DNA of 64,000 nucleotides from Dehalococcoidia bacterium (GTDB lineage Bacteria; Chloroflexota; Dehalococcoidia; UBA2979), in the NCBI GenBank assembly GCA_965262725.1, contig OZ253555.1, positions 1,408,001-1,472,000 of the forward strand, written 5' to 3'. Under the pieces are notes generated by a model, which worked only from the letters and a program-made list of their open reading frames with translations, was not told where the DNA came from and did not search any database. Of the stretch, positions 28,680-38,379 are shown piece by piece. Position 1 is the stretch's first letter. The number at the start of each line of letters is the position of its first letter. The position numbers were made by a program, and so were the translations under genes.

Positions 28680-29323
28680 CGCACGTGCGCAACGGGAAGG
28701 AGTTCCTCGACACGATCGAGCCCGCCGGAGAACCCTTGCCGCAGCAGCCCCCGCCTCCTGTGTCTCCAGCTGTGGAGATCAGCGATCTCGACCCCGCCGA
28801 CGAGGCCGCCATCGCGCGGGTCGCCCGCATCGTCGTCGATGCCTTTCGCGGCCACACGCCCTCGTGGCCCGACCTCGCCAGCGCCGAGGCCGAGGTGCGC
28901 AAGTCCTTCGCCAGGGACCGCCTCAGCCGTGTCGCCCGCGAAGGTGATGTAGTGGTGGGCTGGATCGGCGGCATCCGTGAGTACCACGGCCACGCCTGGG
29001 AGCTCCACCCTCTCGTCGTCGACTCCGCCCGCCAGGGTGAAGGCATCGGACGTGCTCTCGTCGCTGACCTCGAGCGGCGGGTCGCCGAGCGTGGCGCCAC
29101 GACCCTCTACCTCGGCACCGACGACGAGGATGAACGCACCTCCCTCGGCGGCGCCGACCTCTACCCCGACCCTCTTGAGCACCTGGCCGCTATCACCAAC
29201 CCCGGCCGTCACCCCTACGGGTTCTATCTCGCCTGCGGGTTCTCGCTGGTGGGCGTCATCCCCGACGCCAACGGCCCGGGAAAGCCCGACATCCTCATGG
29301 CCAAGCGCGTCGGTGCAGCCTAG
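28676..29323 (+). CDS. GNAT acetyltransferase, AAC(6')-Ia/Ii-like
   Basis: WELHPLVV, RQGEGIG, LGTDDE, HPYGFY, GVIPDANGPGKPDILMAK. Start uncertain. Confidence 0.85.
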   Translation: MTHVRNGKEFLDTIEPAGEPLPQQPPPPVSPAVEISDLDPADEAAIARVARIVVDAFRGHTPSWPDLASAEAEVRKSFARDRLSRVAREGDVVVGWIGGIREYHGHAWELHPLVVDSARQGEGIGRALVADLERRVAERGATTLYLGTDDEDERTSLGGADLYPDPLEHLAAITNPGRHPYGFYLACGFSLVGVIPDANGPGKPDILMAKRVGAA

Positions 29324-29467
29324 GGCGACAGCTGGGCGTGAACGAGCCCCGTCCCCGACAACAACAACGTCCACGCGGTGTCTCGGTGAGGCGCTCCCGG
29401 CTCGCGCTCAACACGCTGCAGACAGGGGCCAAACTGAGCACAAGGGATTCGCGGCACGGCTGAAGGG

Positions 29468-30070
29468 GTGCGTCGGCGCCGTGAGAATCCGCTGGCGCAC
29501 GAGCCAGAGATCCTCCGGGACGGCAAAGACGACGCGGGGGGCGATCTGCCAGAATCAGCAATCGTCGAAAAGGTATACGGATTCGTGCTGCGCGAGGGCC
29601 CAGAGGTGAGCGAGTTGCTCGTGTTCCAGCACGCGGGCATGCCCGAGGCGGGCCTGCAGGTACCGGGCGGTACCGTCGAGCAGGGTGAGACGCCGATCGA
29701 GGCGGTCGCGCGCGAGGTGCTGGAGGAGAGCGGACTACCGCTTGACGGCTGGCAGTTGGTAGTGACGCCCGAGACGGGCGTACGGGGCTGGCACTGCTTC
29801 GCGACGGCGCCGTCGAAGCCCCTGCCTGACATCTGGTCCTGGGAACCGGCGGGGCCGGAGGCGGCGGAGGGGCTGCGCTTTGAGTACCGGTGGGTCGCGC
29901 TGGAGGCCGGGGAAGTGCTGGCGGGGGCGCAGGAGAAGGCGCGGCGGGCGGTAGCCGCGTTCGTCACTTCCGGCGACGGCTGGCGGGACTCGACGAGCTC
30001 GCGCGCCACGAGTAGTGACGAGGAGGGTGCGATGCCGCCGGGAACTGTTCGAGCACCTCGGCCCGACTGA
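29468..30070 (+). CDS. NUDIX hydrolase
   Basis: QVPGGTVEQGETPIEAVAREVLEESGL. Start uncertain. Confidence 0.75.
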   Translation: MRRRRENPLAHEPEILRDGKDDAGGDLPESAIVEKVYGFVLREGPEVSELLVFQHAGMPEAGLQVPGGTVEQGETPIEAVAREVLEESGLPLDGWQLVVTPETGVRGWHCFATAPSKPLPDIWSWEPAGPEAAEGLRFEYRWVALEAGEVLAGAQEKARRAVAAFVTSGDGWRDSTSSRATSSDEEGAMPPGTVRAPRPD

Positions 30071-30080
30071 CGGCAGGCAG

Positions 30081-30797
30081 TCACTCTGCCAATAGGGGAG
30101 TGAGCTCCGAAAGCGAACGAATCTCCATGTGCGGCTCGGGCTCCCCCTCAACATGCGACCGCTCGGTCCGGTTGAGCCACACCGAAGTGAGCCCGGCCGC
30201 CCTTGCCCCGGCAACGTCGGCTGCAAGGCCGTCGCCAATGTGCCAGACGCCTTCCCGGCCGACACCGAGCCCGTTGAGAGCGAACTCGAAGATGACCGGA
30301 TCGGGCTTGGCGATGCCAACCCCGCCGGAGATGACGATCGCATCGAAGAAGCGCTCGATATCCAGAGCGCGCAGCTTCTCGCGCTGAGTATCGGAGGCTC
30401 CGTTCGTAACCAGCCCCAGCGGCACCTGGGCCCTCACCGCTGACGCGAGGATCTCCGGTACGTCGTCGAACAGGCGGTGTGCCGCCAGCGCGAGCTGCTG
30501 ATGAGTCTGGGCTGCGCGCCGCGCCAGGGACTCGTCGTCGCACCCGCACCGCCGGAGGGTCCGACGCCAGGCTTCAAGGCTCACCGAGGCACCGTCCAAG
30601 ACTCCAAGCGTCCACTTGTCCTCGACCTCTGGCCAGTAGCGCTGCCACGCGCTGGTGTTCGCGTGAATCAGCTCCCCGGCCTCCAGGTCCGGTCGACTCG
30701 CAGCGATCCGCTCGCACGTGCGTACGACCGCCCCTTGGTGGGCCCTGACAACGAGAGTCTCGTCCAGGTCAAAGAACAGAGCCCGGATCCGCTTCAT
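30081..30797 (-). CDS. HAD-family hydrolase
   Basis: FFDLDETL, VTNG, KPDP, IGDGLAADVAGA. Real start is MKRIR at 30797. Confidence 0.9.
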   Translation of the reverse strand: MKRIRALFFDLDETLVVRAHQGAVVRTCERIAASRPDLEAGELIHANTSAWQRYWPEVEDKWTLGVLDGASVSLEAWRRTLRRCGCDDESLARRAAQTHQQLALAAHRLFDDVPEILASAVRAQVPLGLVTNGASDTQREKLRALDIERFFDAIVISGGVGIAKPDPVIFEFALNGLGVGREGVWHIGDGLAADVAGARAAGLTSVWLNRTERSHVEGEPEPHMEIRSLSELTPLLAE

Positions 30798-30951
30798 CGA
30801 TCCCCCGGCCCGGACAGAGCGACCATGGGAGGCATCCCCGCACTGGGAATGATGCTCTGAATTGGCCCCACCTGGAGCCGTTTTGATCCTTTGAAATGGC
30901 CCCTTACCTTCTTCAAACGAGCTCAGTAACCTCTGAGCCCGGGAAGCCCAG

Positions 30952-31095
30952 CAGTGCCGGCATGGCTCAAATGGCCCTGCCGCAACGGACGGCTCGGGTG
31001 GTGTTGCCACCGGCACTGTTCGGCGCGTGAACCTCTGATGGGGACATGCGAGCCAATCGCTGATTTGTAAGGTGGATGACGGCGAGCGCGCCTGC
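30952..31095 (+). ncRNA. Putative IS110 bridge RNA
   Basis: Stems CAGTGCCGG/CCGGCACTG and GGCGCG/CGCGCC enclose segments matching the left target flank (AAATGGCC) and the donor junction (ATGGGGACA, GTAAGGTG). Confidence 0.75.
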
Positions 31096-31139
31096 GGCCT
31101 TCCTGCTGGAATGAGGGGGAAACCCCGGAAGGAGTTGCA

Positions 31140-32357
31140 GTGGGTACGCCCGACGAAACCACCGTGTGGATCGGCCTCGACATCGGCAAGACAGAGCACT
31201 TCGCCGATGTGCTGGACGCGGCAGGCGCGCCGCTGTTCGCCGTCGCCGTCGCGAACGACGAGGCCGACATCGAGGCGCTCCTCGCTCGCGCGGAGTCCTT
31301 CGGCTCCCCGGCACTGGTCGTCGACCAGCCCGGCTCGCTGGCCCGGCTCGTGCTCGCCGTCGCCGCCCGCCGCGGCGTGCCGGTGGCATACGTGCCGGGG
31401 CTGGTCATGCGCCGTGCCGCCGACCTCTACCCGGGTGAGTCCAAGACCGACCGCCGCGATGCGTTCGTGCTGGCCGACACCGGCCGCACCCGGCGCCACC
31501 AGGTGCACTGGCTCGACGCCGGCGACGACGAACTCCTGGAGCAGCTGCGCGTTCTCAACGGCTACGACACCGACCTCGCCGCCGATGCCACGCGGCTCAC
31601 GAACCGGCTGCGCGACGCCGTCACCGGTCTCTCCCCGGCCCTGGAGCGCGTACTGGGCCCCAGGCTCCACAATGCGGGGGCACGGGACCTGCTCGCCCGC
31701 TACCCGACACCGCAGGCGCTGGCCACGGCGGGTCGCGGCCGCATCGCGCGGACGCTCCGGAAGCGCTCGCCGCGCCTCGCGAAGACGCTCACCGAGGCCG
31801 TCACCGGGGCCCTCGGCGCCCAGACCGTGGTCGTACCCGGCTCGGTCGCGATGGGTCGGGTGATCGCCGAGGTCGCGACCGAGCTGGATCGCACGCAGCA
31901 GCGGCGGGAGCGGCTCGGCGCGGAGATCGGGGAGCTCTTCGAGGCCCACCCTTTCGGCCCCATCCTCGGCTCCCTGCCGGGGATCGGGCCGAGGACGGGA
32001 GCGCGGATGCTCGCCGAGATCGGTGACATCTCCCGCTTCGCGAACGGATCGAGGCTGGCCAGCTACGCCGGCCTTGCCCCGGTCACCCGCCAGTCCGGCA
32101 GCAGCATCCGGGGGCAGACGCGGAGCCGCCGCGGGAATCACCGGCTCAAGAACGCGATGTACCTCTCCGCCTTCGCCTCGCTGCGCGACCCCGTCTCGCG
32201 GGCGTTCTACGACCGCAAGCGGGCCGAGGGAAAGAAACACACCGCAGCCGTCATCTGCCTCGCGCGTCGTCGCTGCGACGTCATCCTGGCCATGCTGCGC
32301 TCGCGCGAACCGTACCGCGCCGAGGAGGCTCCTCGTCACGGGTCGGTGGCTGCCTGA
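31140..32357 (+). CDS. IS110-family DEDD recombinase
   Basis: WIGLDIGK, KTDRRDA, LPGIGPRT, YAGLAPVTRQSG; AAGGAG RBS. Confidence 0.95.
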   Translation: MGTPDETTVWIGLDIGKTEHFADVLDAAGAPLFAVAVANDEADIEALLARAESFGSPALVVDQPGSLARLVLAVAARRGVPVAYVPGLVMRRAADLYPGESKTDRRDAFVLADTGRTRRHQVHWLDAGDDELLEQLRVLNGYDTDLAADATRLTNRLRDAVTGLSPALERVLGPRLHNAGARDLLARYPTPQALATAGRGRIARTLRKRSPRLAKTLTEAVTGALGAQTVVVPGSVAMGRVIAEVATELDRTQQRRERLGAEIGELFEAHPFGPILGSLPGIGPRTGARMLAEIGDISRFANGSRLASYAGLAPVTRQSGSSIRGQTRSRRGNHRLKNAMYLSAFASLRDPVSRAFYDRKRAEGKKHTAAVICLARRRCDVILAMLRSREPYRAEEAPRHGSVAA

Positions 32358-32458
32358 CGCTGCGCCGGCCATCCCCGATCAGTGGCGCTGGCCCTTGACA
32401 AAGAACATGGGGACACCCTCCATGGAGTGCAGAGCAGATTGCCGCGGTCCGATCCACC

Positions 32459-32990
32459 GTGGAGGACGTGGCGCGGACGCGACCACCGGTGTGGGCCGAG
32501 GACATCGAGGAACGAGAGCGAGGGCACCTCTCCGGGTGGCTCCGAGTTCGGGAGGACCCCGCCCCCTTCCTCAGCCTGGGGCTCAGCGACGAACGGTGGC
32601 TGCGCAGGTGTCTCCCAGCCCTCATCGAGTCGGCCGAGTCGGCACAACTCGAGGGCGGCTCGCTCGTTCACTTCGACGTGCGCAGCGACAACCTCTGCTT
32701 CGTGAACGACGATGTCCACCGACGCGTGACGCTCGTCGACTGGAACTGGTGCGGACGCGGGAGTCCGTTGCTCGACCTCATGTCATGGCTCCCGAGCCTG
32801 CATTCCGAGGGAGGACCAGCCCCGTGGGACATGGTCGAGGGATCCAGGGGTTTCGCAGCGCTGCTCAGTGGGTACTTCGCGGCACCGCGCGCAGCTCCTC
32901 GAAAGACGCGCCACGCGCTGAGCGGCACGATGGCGTCATGGAGGAGACGATGGACGCAATGCCAGGGCCAACAAGGGCCAGTCGCCGGCA
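32459..32990 (+). pseudogene. Aminoglycoside phosphotransferase-like kinase fragment
   Basis: LVHFDVRSDNL and LVDWNW motifs; N-lobe missing and C-terminus appears frameshifted. End approximate. Confidence 0.55.
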
Positions 32991-33032
32991 GCGATGGTCT
33001 GCCGCCGCGGCTTCGTGGGACACGACTATGGC

Positions 33033-33515
33033 ATGTCGCGAAGAACCGGCAGAAGCAAGCGGCTCCGCCTTCACGAGCGTGGCAACACGGCTTGCCCGAT
33101 CTGCCTGACCGGTTTCACCCGTGACGAGGCGTCTTCTGGCAAAGCGGTCACGCTGGAGCCCGGCCAGGCTCGGTGTCTCACCTGCGGGAACTGCAACGCC
33201 CAGGCCGGGCGGGGTATCGATCAAGTAGCCGCAATGAGCGCACATGACCGGTTCGGCGTGACGGTCGACATCCTCGGGAAGCGCGACACATGCATGCTGT
33301 CTCTTGACGGCAAGGAGCTCACTCCTCCCTTCGCGGGATACTCGGAACAGGACTGGCGAGACGTGGACAACACCGATTCACGAAGCTTCATGATGAGTTC
33401 AGGATTCCTGACCCCAAGGCCGTCGCCGCCTCTTCACTCACGTCGGCGCATCTCATCAAGGCCCCGGACGACGTGTCAGACGTGGCGCCGCCCCCGTTCC
33501 GGGGAATCCGGCTAG
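33033..33515 (+). pseudogene. HNH endonuclease-like remnant
   Basis: CPIC...TLE...CLTCGNCN zinc-finger pattern, with the expected His after TLE missing. Confidence 0.4.
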
Positions 33516-34513
33516 CTACCCGTCGCGCCCGTGATGTCCCGACGCTGGAAGATCCAGAGGGCGCCCCCCGCAAGCACCGTCGTGTAAGCGAGTAGCACAA
33601 GGAACGCCTGCAGCGCGTCCGAGCCGTCCATCCAGATGTCCACGTTCGCGCCGATAAGCGCTCCCGAGACGCTCTCGCCCCAGTCGAAGCTCCGAAGCAG
33701 GGGGACGACGATCAACTCGACGACGAAGTAACCCAGGCTGAGGCCCATGCCCGAATTCGCGGAGCGGGTCACCACCGTCAGGAGGGCGGCAAGCGCGACG
33801 AAGGGGGCGAGCCCGTAGACGGCCTTGCCCATCGTCACCGCGGCGTCGGTCCACTCGCCGGATCCCGTGAGCCCTCCGGATTCGGCCGGCGGGATGACCG
33901 AGGCGAGGACGCTGGAGACGGCCGCGGAGGCGCCCACGACGACGAGTCCCCCCGCGCCCAGGAGCATGAGCAGGACGAGCCTCGACAGGAGCAGCGGCCA
34001 GCGTCCGGCGCCCCCGGAGACCGCCGGCCTGAGGGTTCCCCAGCCGTACTCGTTTCCGAGGGTCGATGCGGTCAGGATCAGGACGAGAAGTGCGGCGATG
34101 TCGAACACGCTCGCCACGGCCCTCGGAATGGCGCTCGGCAGCACAAATCCCTCGCGCAGGTTCTCGCTCGCCGAGACGCCGCCACAGCTCTCGTCACGGA
34201 AGCGCTCGCCGTCGGCCAGGAAATCGCGCCGCTGCGCATCGGAGAGAAGCTCGAGGCCGTCGGGCGGTCGCTCGTTCACGAGGTCCGCGCACGTCGCCGT
34301 CACGGTAATGGTCCGGCCGTCGTTGACGTGGGTCGTGGAGTAGCTCCCCCCGGAGAGGGCATCCTGCAGGGACTCGTTGTGGAACAGGGCGTAGCTGGCC
34401 CACACGGCGATCTGCGTGAGGACGACGGCGACGGCCAGCAGGATCCAGGGCATCCAGCGTCGCCGCAGCTTGAACCACTCCCAGGACGTGAGGCGCAGCA
34501 CGTGCACGATCAT
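33512..34513 (-). CDS. ABC-2 type transporter permease
   Basis: EWFKLRRR, EYGWGTLR, FQRRDI; six TM segments. Confidence 0.88.
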   Translation of the reverse strand: MIVHVLRLTSWEWFKLRRRWMPWILLAVAVVLTQIAVWASYALFHNESLQDALSGGSYSTTHVNDGRTITVTATCADLVNERPPDGLELLSDAQRRDFLADGERFRDESCGGVSASENLREGFVLPSAIPRAVASVFDIAALLVLILTASTLGNEYGWGTLRPAVSGGAGRWPLLLSRLVLLMLLGAGGLVVVGASAAVSSVLASVIPPAESGGLTGSGEWTDAAVTMGKAVYGLAPFVALAALLTVVTRSANSGMGLSLGYFVVELIVVPLLRSFDWGESVSGALIGANVDIWMDGSDALQAFLVLLAYTTVLAGGALWIFQRRDITGATGS

Positions 34514-35430
34514 TCGCTCTCCGCCTCGCCGTCGCCCGTGACCTCGAGGAAGTACGCCTCGAGAGAGGTCTGGACGGGCGTGAGCTCGGAGACGTAGACG
34601 GCCCCGCGACCCAGGGCGGCCGTCAGCTCCCAGGAACGCTCGTGCGGGGCCGACACCATGAGGGAGCCGTCCGCCGGACGCACCTCGTCGACCCAGTCCA
34701 GGGCCGAGAGGATCCCGTGGGCCGCCGCGTCGTCGGTGGTCCGCATCCGCATCTGCTGTCGGCCCCGGCCGCCGATCAGCTCTGCGACCCGGCCCTGCGC
34801 CACCAGCTTCCCCTTCGACAGGATCGTCACGCTGTCGCAGACCTGCTCGACCTCGTTGAGGAGATGGCTCGAGAGGAGCACGGTCCGGCCGCCGGTGCCC
34901 AGGCTCCGAATCAGCTCTCGGATCTCGGCCATGCCCTCCGGGTCCATCCCGTTGGTCGGCTCGTCCAGGAACAGGAGCTCCGGGTTCCCCAGCAAGGCGT
35001 ACGCGATGCCCAGGCGCTGCTTCATGCCGAGGGAGTAGGTGTGGAAGCGGCCGTCCGCGCGGGACAGGAGCCCGACCCTGTCGAGTAGCGCGTCTACGTC
35101 GGAGGGTGACCCCCGGCCCGAGATCCCCTGGAAGTAGGCGAGGTTCCGGCGGGCCGAGAGGTACGGATAGAAAGAGGGAGTCTCCACGACGGCGCCGACT
35201 CGACGCAGTGCGTCCCGGTGCCGCTCAGTCGAGCCCAGGAGGCTGAAGCTGCCCGATGTCGGTCGGAGCAGTCCGAGCAGCATGCCGATCGTCGTCGTCT
35301 TGCCCGACCCGTTCGGGCCGAGAAGACCGTAGACATGCCCTCGCGTCACCTCGATCGAGAGCCCGTCGACGGCGAGATTCCTGCCGTACCTCTTGGTCAG
35401 GCCATCGGTCCGGATGGCGACGTCACTCAC
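34510..35430 (-). CDS. ABC transporter ATP-binding protein
   Basis: GPNGSGKTT, YSLGMKQR, LFLDEPTNG, SSH. Confidence 0.95.
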   Translation of the reverse strand: MSDVAIRTDGLTKRYGRNLAVDGLSIEVTRGHVYGLLGPNGSGKTTTIGMLLGLLRPTSGSFSLLGSTERHRDALRRVGAVVETPSFYPYLSARRNLAYFQGISGRGSPSDVDALLDRVGLLSRADGRFHTYSLGMKQRLGIAYALLGNPELLFLDEPTNGMDPEGMAEIRELIRSLGTGGRTVLLSSHLLNEVEQVCDSVTILSKGKLVAQGRVAELIGGRGRQQMRMRTTDDAAAHGILSALDWVDEVRPADGSLMVSAPHERSWELTAALGRGAVYVSELTPVQTSLEAYFLEVTGDGEAESE

Positions 35431-35907
35431 CTGTCCCTCGCTCTCGCCGTCTCACGCGATTCATCGGCGACACGACACGCCGGACCGCACGCTCACTCTC
35501 CCTCCTGAGCGCGTGACGGGGCAAGCACACGGGGACTGCATGCGTAGGTGGCCGGCGGGTGACCGGCATCTGCGCGGCCACTGCCACGCCTCGTGGACGG
35601 GGGTCGTCCGGCTCGGAGCGAGGCAGCCTCGCTCGAGGCCCGGAGGGACCCAGTCCGTTGCGGGAGCCGAGTGGAAGCGTCGGCTTCCACCGGGTCGAGG
35701 AAGCAGAGGCGGACGACCGCGCTCGGGGAGAGGTTCCTGCGCTTCATCAGCGAGCAGCCGCCGTGCCAGGACACCGCGTGGCGCCGCCGCGATCGGGCGC
35801 CGGAGTAGCATCGCGGCCTGAACCGGCCGAACCGGCGGCTCCCGGCGCGGGGGCGGGTCTGCGCCCCCCGTCCGCCGTGGGGGAGGCAACTGCGACGGAG
35901 GCACGAA

Positions 35908-37193
35908 ATGATCGGACAGGGCCACCTCGATCGCCGCGAGTTCGAGGAGCTGCTCCGCACGCTGGGCCCCGCCGACGCGCGTCTGCTGCTTCGCCGCACG
36001 GCGGATGGCTGCTCGCTGGTCACGCTCGTCGTCACCGCGGGGCGGGCCCCTGCCGGCCCATCCTCCGAGACGTACGACTACGGCGAGACCGTCCTCGCCC
36101 GGGCCGTCGTCGACGGCGGCGCCCTGGCCGACTGGCTCTCGCGGGGGAACGGCGAGCTCGCGGGTCTGACGTTCGCCGTGCCCGAGCCCGCGCTGGCTGC
36201 AACTGGGAGCACCAAGAGAGCCGCCGGCACGCCACCTACGGGACTCTCTTCGCCACGCCGCACACCGAGTACCGGCTCTCCTCGACGAACGGAGAGCAGC
36301 CGCACTGGCCCGCGGGCGTCCTCGCCGGGCCGGGCCTCCCCTTCTATCCGCATGTCGATGTCGCCGCCGCCTCGGTACTCCTGGACCTCGACTCGCTGCC
36401 CCGGGGGCGCACCATCCCGTCGGAGCTGGTGCTGCTGCGCATAGCCCATCCCGAGGCCTACTTCGAGAGGCTGCGGGTCTCCTCGGCCTCGATCGTCGCA
36501 TCGGTACGCGGCGACGACCTGGCGGACGTGCGGTTGCAGATCTCCCGGGCGGGCGGGCGCCACGAGGAGACCCTCGCGGGGCCCGGCGACGTGCGCGTGC
36601 CCGTGGCCGGAGCCGGGAGTGCCGATGCATGGGTCGCGCTCACGCGCGGGACGCAGTGCCTGGACTTCCGGGCCATCAGCCGCCGCTGGCCGGATCCGTG
36701 GGGGCAGCACGACATCGTCTTCGAGCCGGAGGATCTCGACGAGCGGCTCGATCTCATGCGGCTGGCCGGCGAGGACGAGAGCGTCGAGTTCAAGAAGGCC
36801 GTTCCGGAGGGCGAGGGGATCGCGAGGGCCGTCGCGGCGTTCGCGAACGGCGGCGGCGGCACCATTCTGATCGGGATCGAGGATCGCACGGGCGATGTCG
36901 CCGGCGTGGCGGATCCCGCCGCGTGCCGGGACCGTCTCGCGGACATCGTCCGCAACGGCGTCGCCCCTCCCCCCGAGTACGGGCTCTTCACGTGCACGGT
37001 TCGGCAACGCCCCGTCGTGGCGATGCGCGTCGAGCCGGGGGATGCTCGCCCCTACGGGGTGCGGGGGCCGGGAGGGCTCCGATACTACGTGCGGCGGGGC
37101 GCGACCAACCGCGTCGCGGAGCCCGAGGAGATGCGGGCGCTCTGCCGGGCCCGTCCGGGCGGCCCCTCCGATCCGCATGCTCCGGGGGAGTGA
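35908..37193 (+). pseudogene. Schlafen/AlbA_2 domain protein with one frameshift near 36195
   Basis: N-terminal part in ORF 35908 and remainder in ORF ending 37193; C-terminal EDESVEFK...AFANGGGGTILIGIED...YYVRRG. Confidence 0.7.
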
Positions 37194-37710
37194 GCGCGCA
37201 GCGCCGCCGTGTGCTTCCCACGCAGGGGGATCGCGCGGGGCCGCGGGGGCTCCGGTGCGGATGGTGGTCGCGCTCGTGACCTGCCGGCCGTCGCCGCGCC
37301 CGACGACCAGTGCGCCGGGATCACGGCGGCGACGGCGGCTCTCGCGGCCGGATCGCGATACGGCGCCGTCCTGGTGGCGCCCCGCGCGGTCGCCGCCGAC
37401 CTGGACGGCACCGGCACGCCGCCGCTCTCGAGGCGGGCGCGTTCTTCGAGGTCTGCGACCGTCATGAGCCGGCCGGAGGCGTCGTGGCGAAGGGTCGGAC
37501 CGTCCTGCTCCGTGCGGATGAGCCTCTCGCCGAACGTGAGCCGCGGTGGTACCGCGCGGATCGGTCGTTCCATCGTCCTCGCCAGAGAGCCACGGCAGCG
37601 GCGCGCGGACGGCGTGCCGGGGCGGCGCGGCGGCGCGGATCGGCGCATCGGGGGCAACGGCAAGCGGCGGACGGGCCGAGGCGGTCCGGGAGCGGCGGGC
37701 TGTCGCTCCG

Positions 37711-38379
37711 TCAGTCCACGACCGGGTAGTCCGGCGGCCCCCAGTCGATCTCCGGGTGTGACAGCATCAGGCCGACGAACAGGGGGACGAGGCACGCCAG
37801 GATCCGCGACCCGTCGCGGACCTGGTCGCGGTTGACGGAGCTCCGCCACGTCGCTCCGCCGTGCATGAGCTGGATGCGGAGGACGTAGAGACGATCGAAC
37901 AGCGTGTTGAGGACGACCGCGGTCTCCCCGTCGGCGAGCGCGCGGTGGACCCGGCGCCGGCGCGCCGCGAAGAGATCCTCCCAGTCATCGGAGCCTCGAC
38001 CCGCGTGGTGGTTCCAGAAGGGCTGGAACACGAACTTGTTGTCGAGCAGCATCCTGATGGGGCCCGAGAACGTCGTCCAGATCGCTTCGTAGACGGTGTC
38101 GTCGCCATCGAGCGAGAGGAGCGTGTCGAAGTAGCCGGTGAACTCGTCGCGCTCCGTCGACTCAGGGAGCCGGGGTCTGTCCCGGGCGTACGCGGCATTG
38201 AAGGCGATCCAGTAGAAGATGAAGGCCGCGTCGTCGTCCCCGTTCGCCGTTTCCCGCTCCGCGCGCCCCAGCCAGCTCAGGGCACGACGCATGCGGAGCC
38301 CGAGATGCCCGGGCAGATCGTCTCGCACGCGCTCCCACTCCTCCATGAGTCGCCCGACGGGTGTGCCCGGCATCGCCAT
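37711..38379 (-). CDS. HEPN domain protein
   Basis: RALSWL, FIFYWIAFNAAY, YVLRIQLMHGGATW (Rx4H); GAAGGG RBS before ATG 38379. Confidence 0.8.
   Translation of the reverse strand: MAMPGTPVGRLMEEWERVRDDLPGHLGLRMRRALSWLGRAERETANGDDDAAFIFYWIAFNAAYARDRPRLPESTERDEFTGYFDTLLSLDGDDTVYEAIWTTFSGPIRMLLDNKFVFQPFWNHHAGRGSDDWEDLFAARRRRVHRALADGETAVVLNTLFDRLYVLRIQLMHGGATWRSSVNRDQVRDGSRILACLVPLFVGLMLSHPEIDWGPPDYPVVD

Larger units (their letters stand above)
30902..32417 (+). mobile_element. IS110-family element (IS900-like ends)
   Basis: Left end CCTTACCTTCTT, right end TTGACAAAGAACATGGGGACACC; CC core on both sides; no TIRs. Confidence 0.85.

Noticed and set aside
30081-32372. 763-aa ORF fusing an unknown domain to HAD
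   Set aside because: The upstream part is the antisense frame of the IS110 recombinase.
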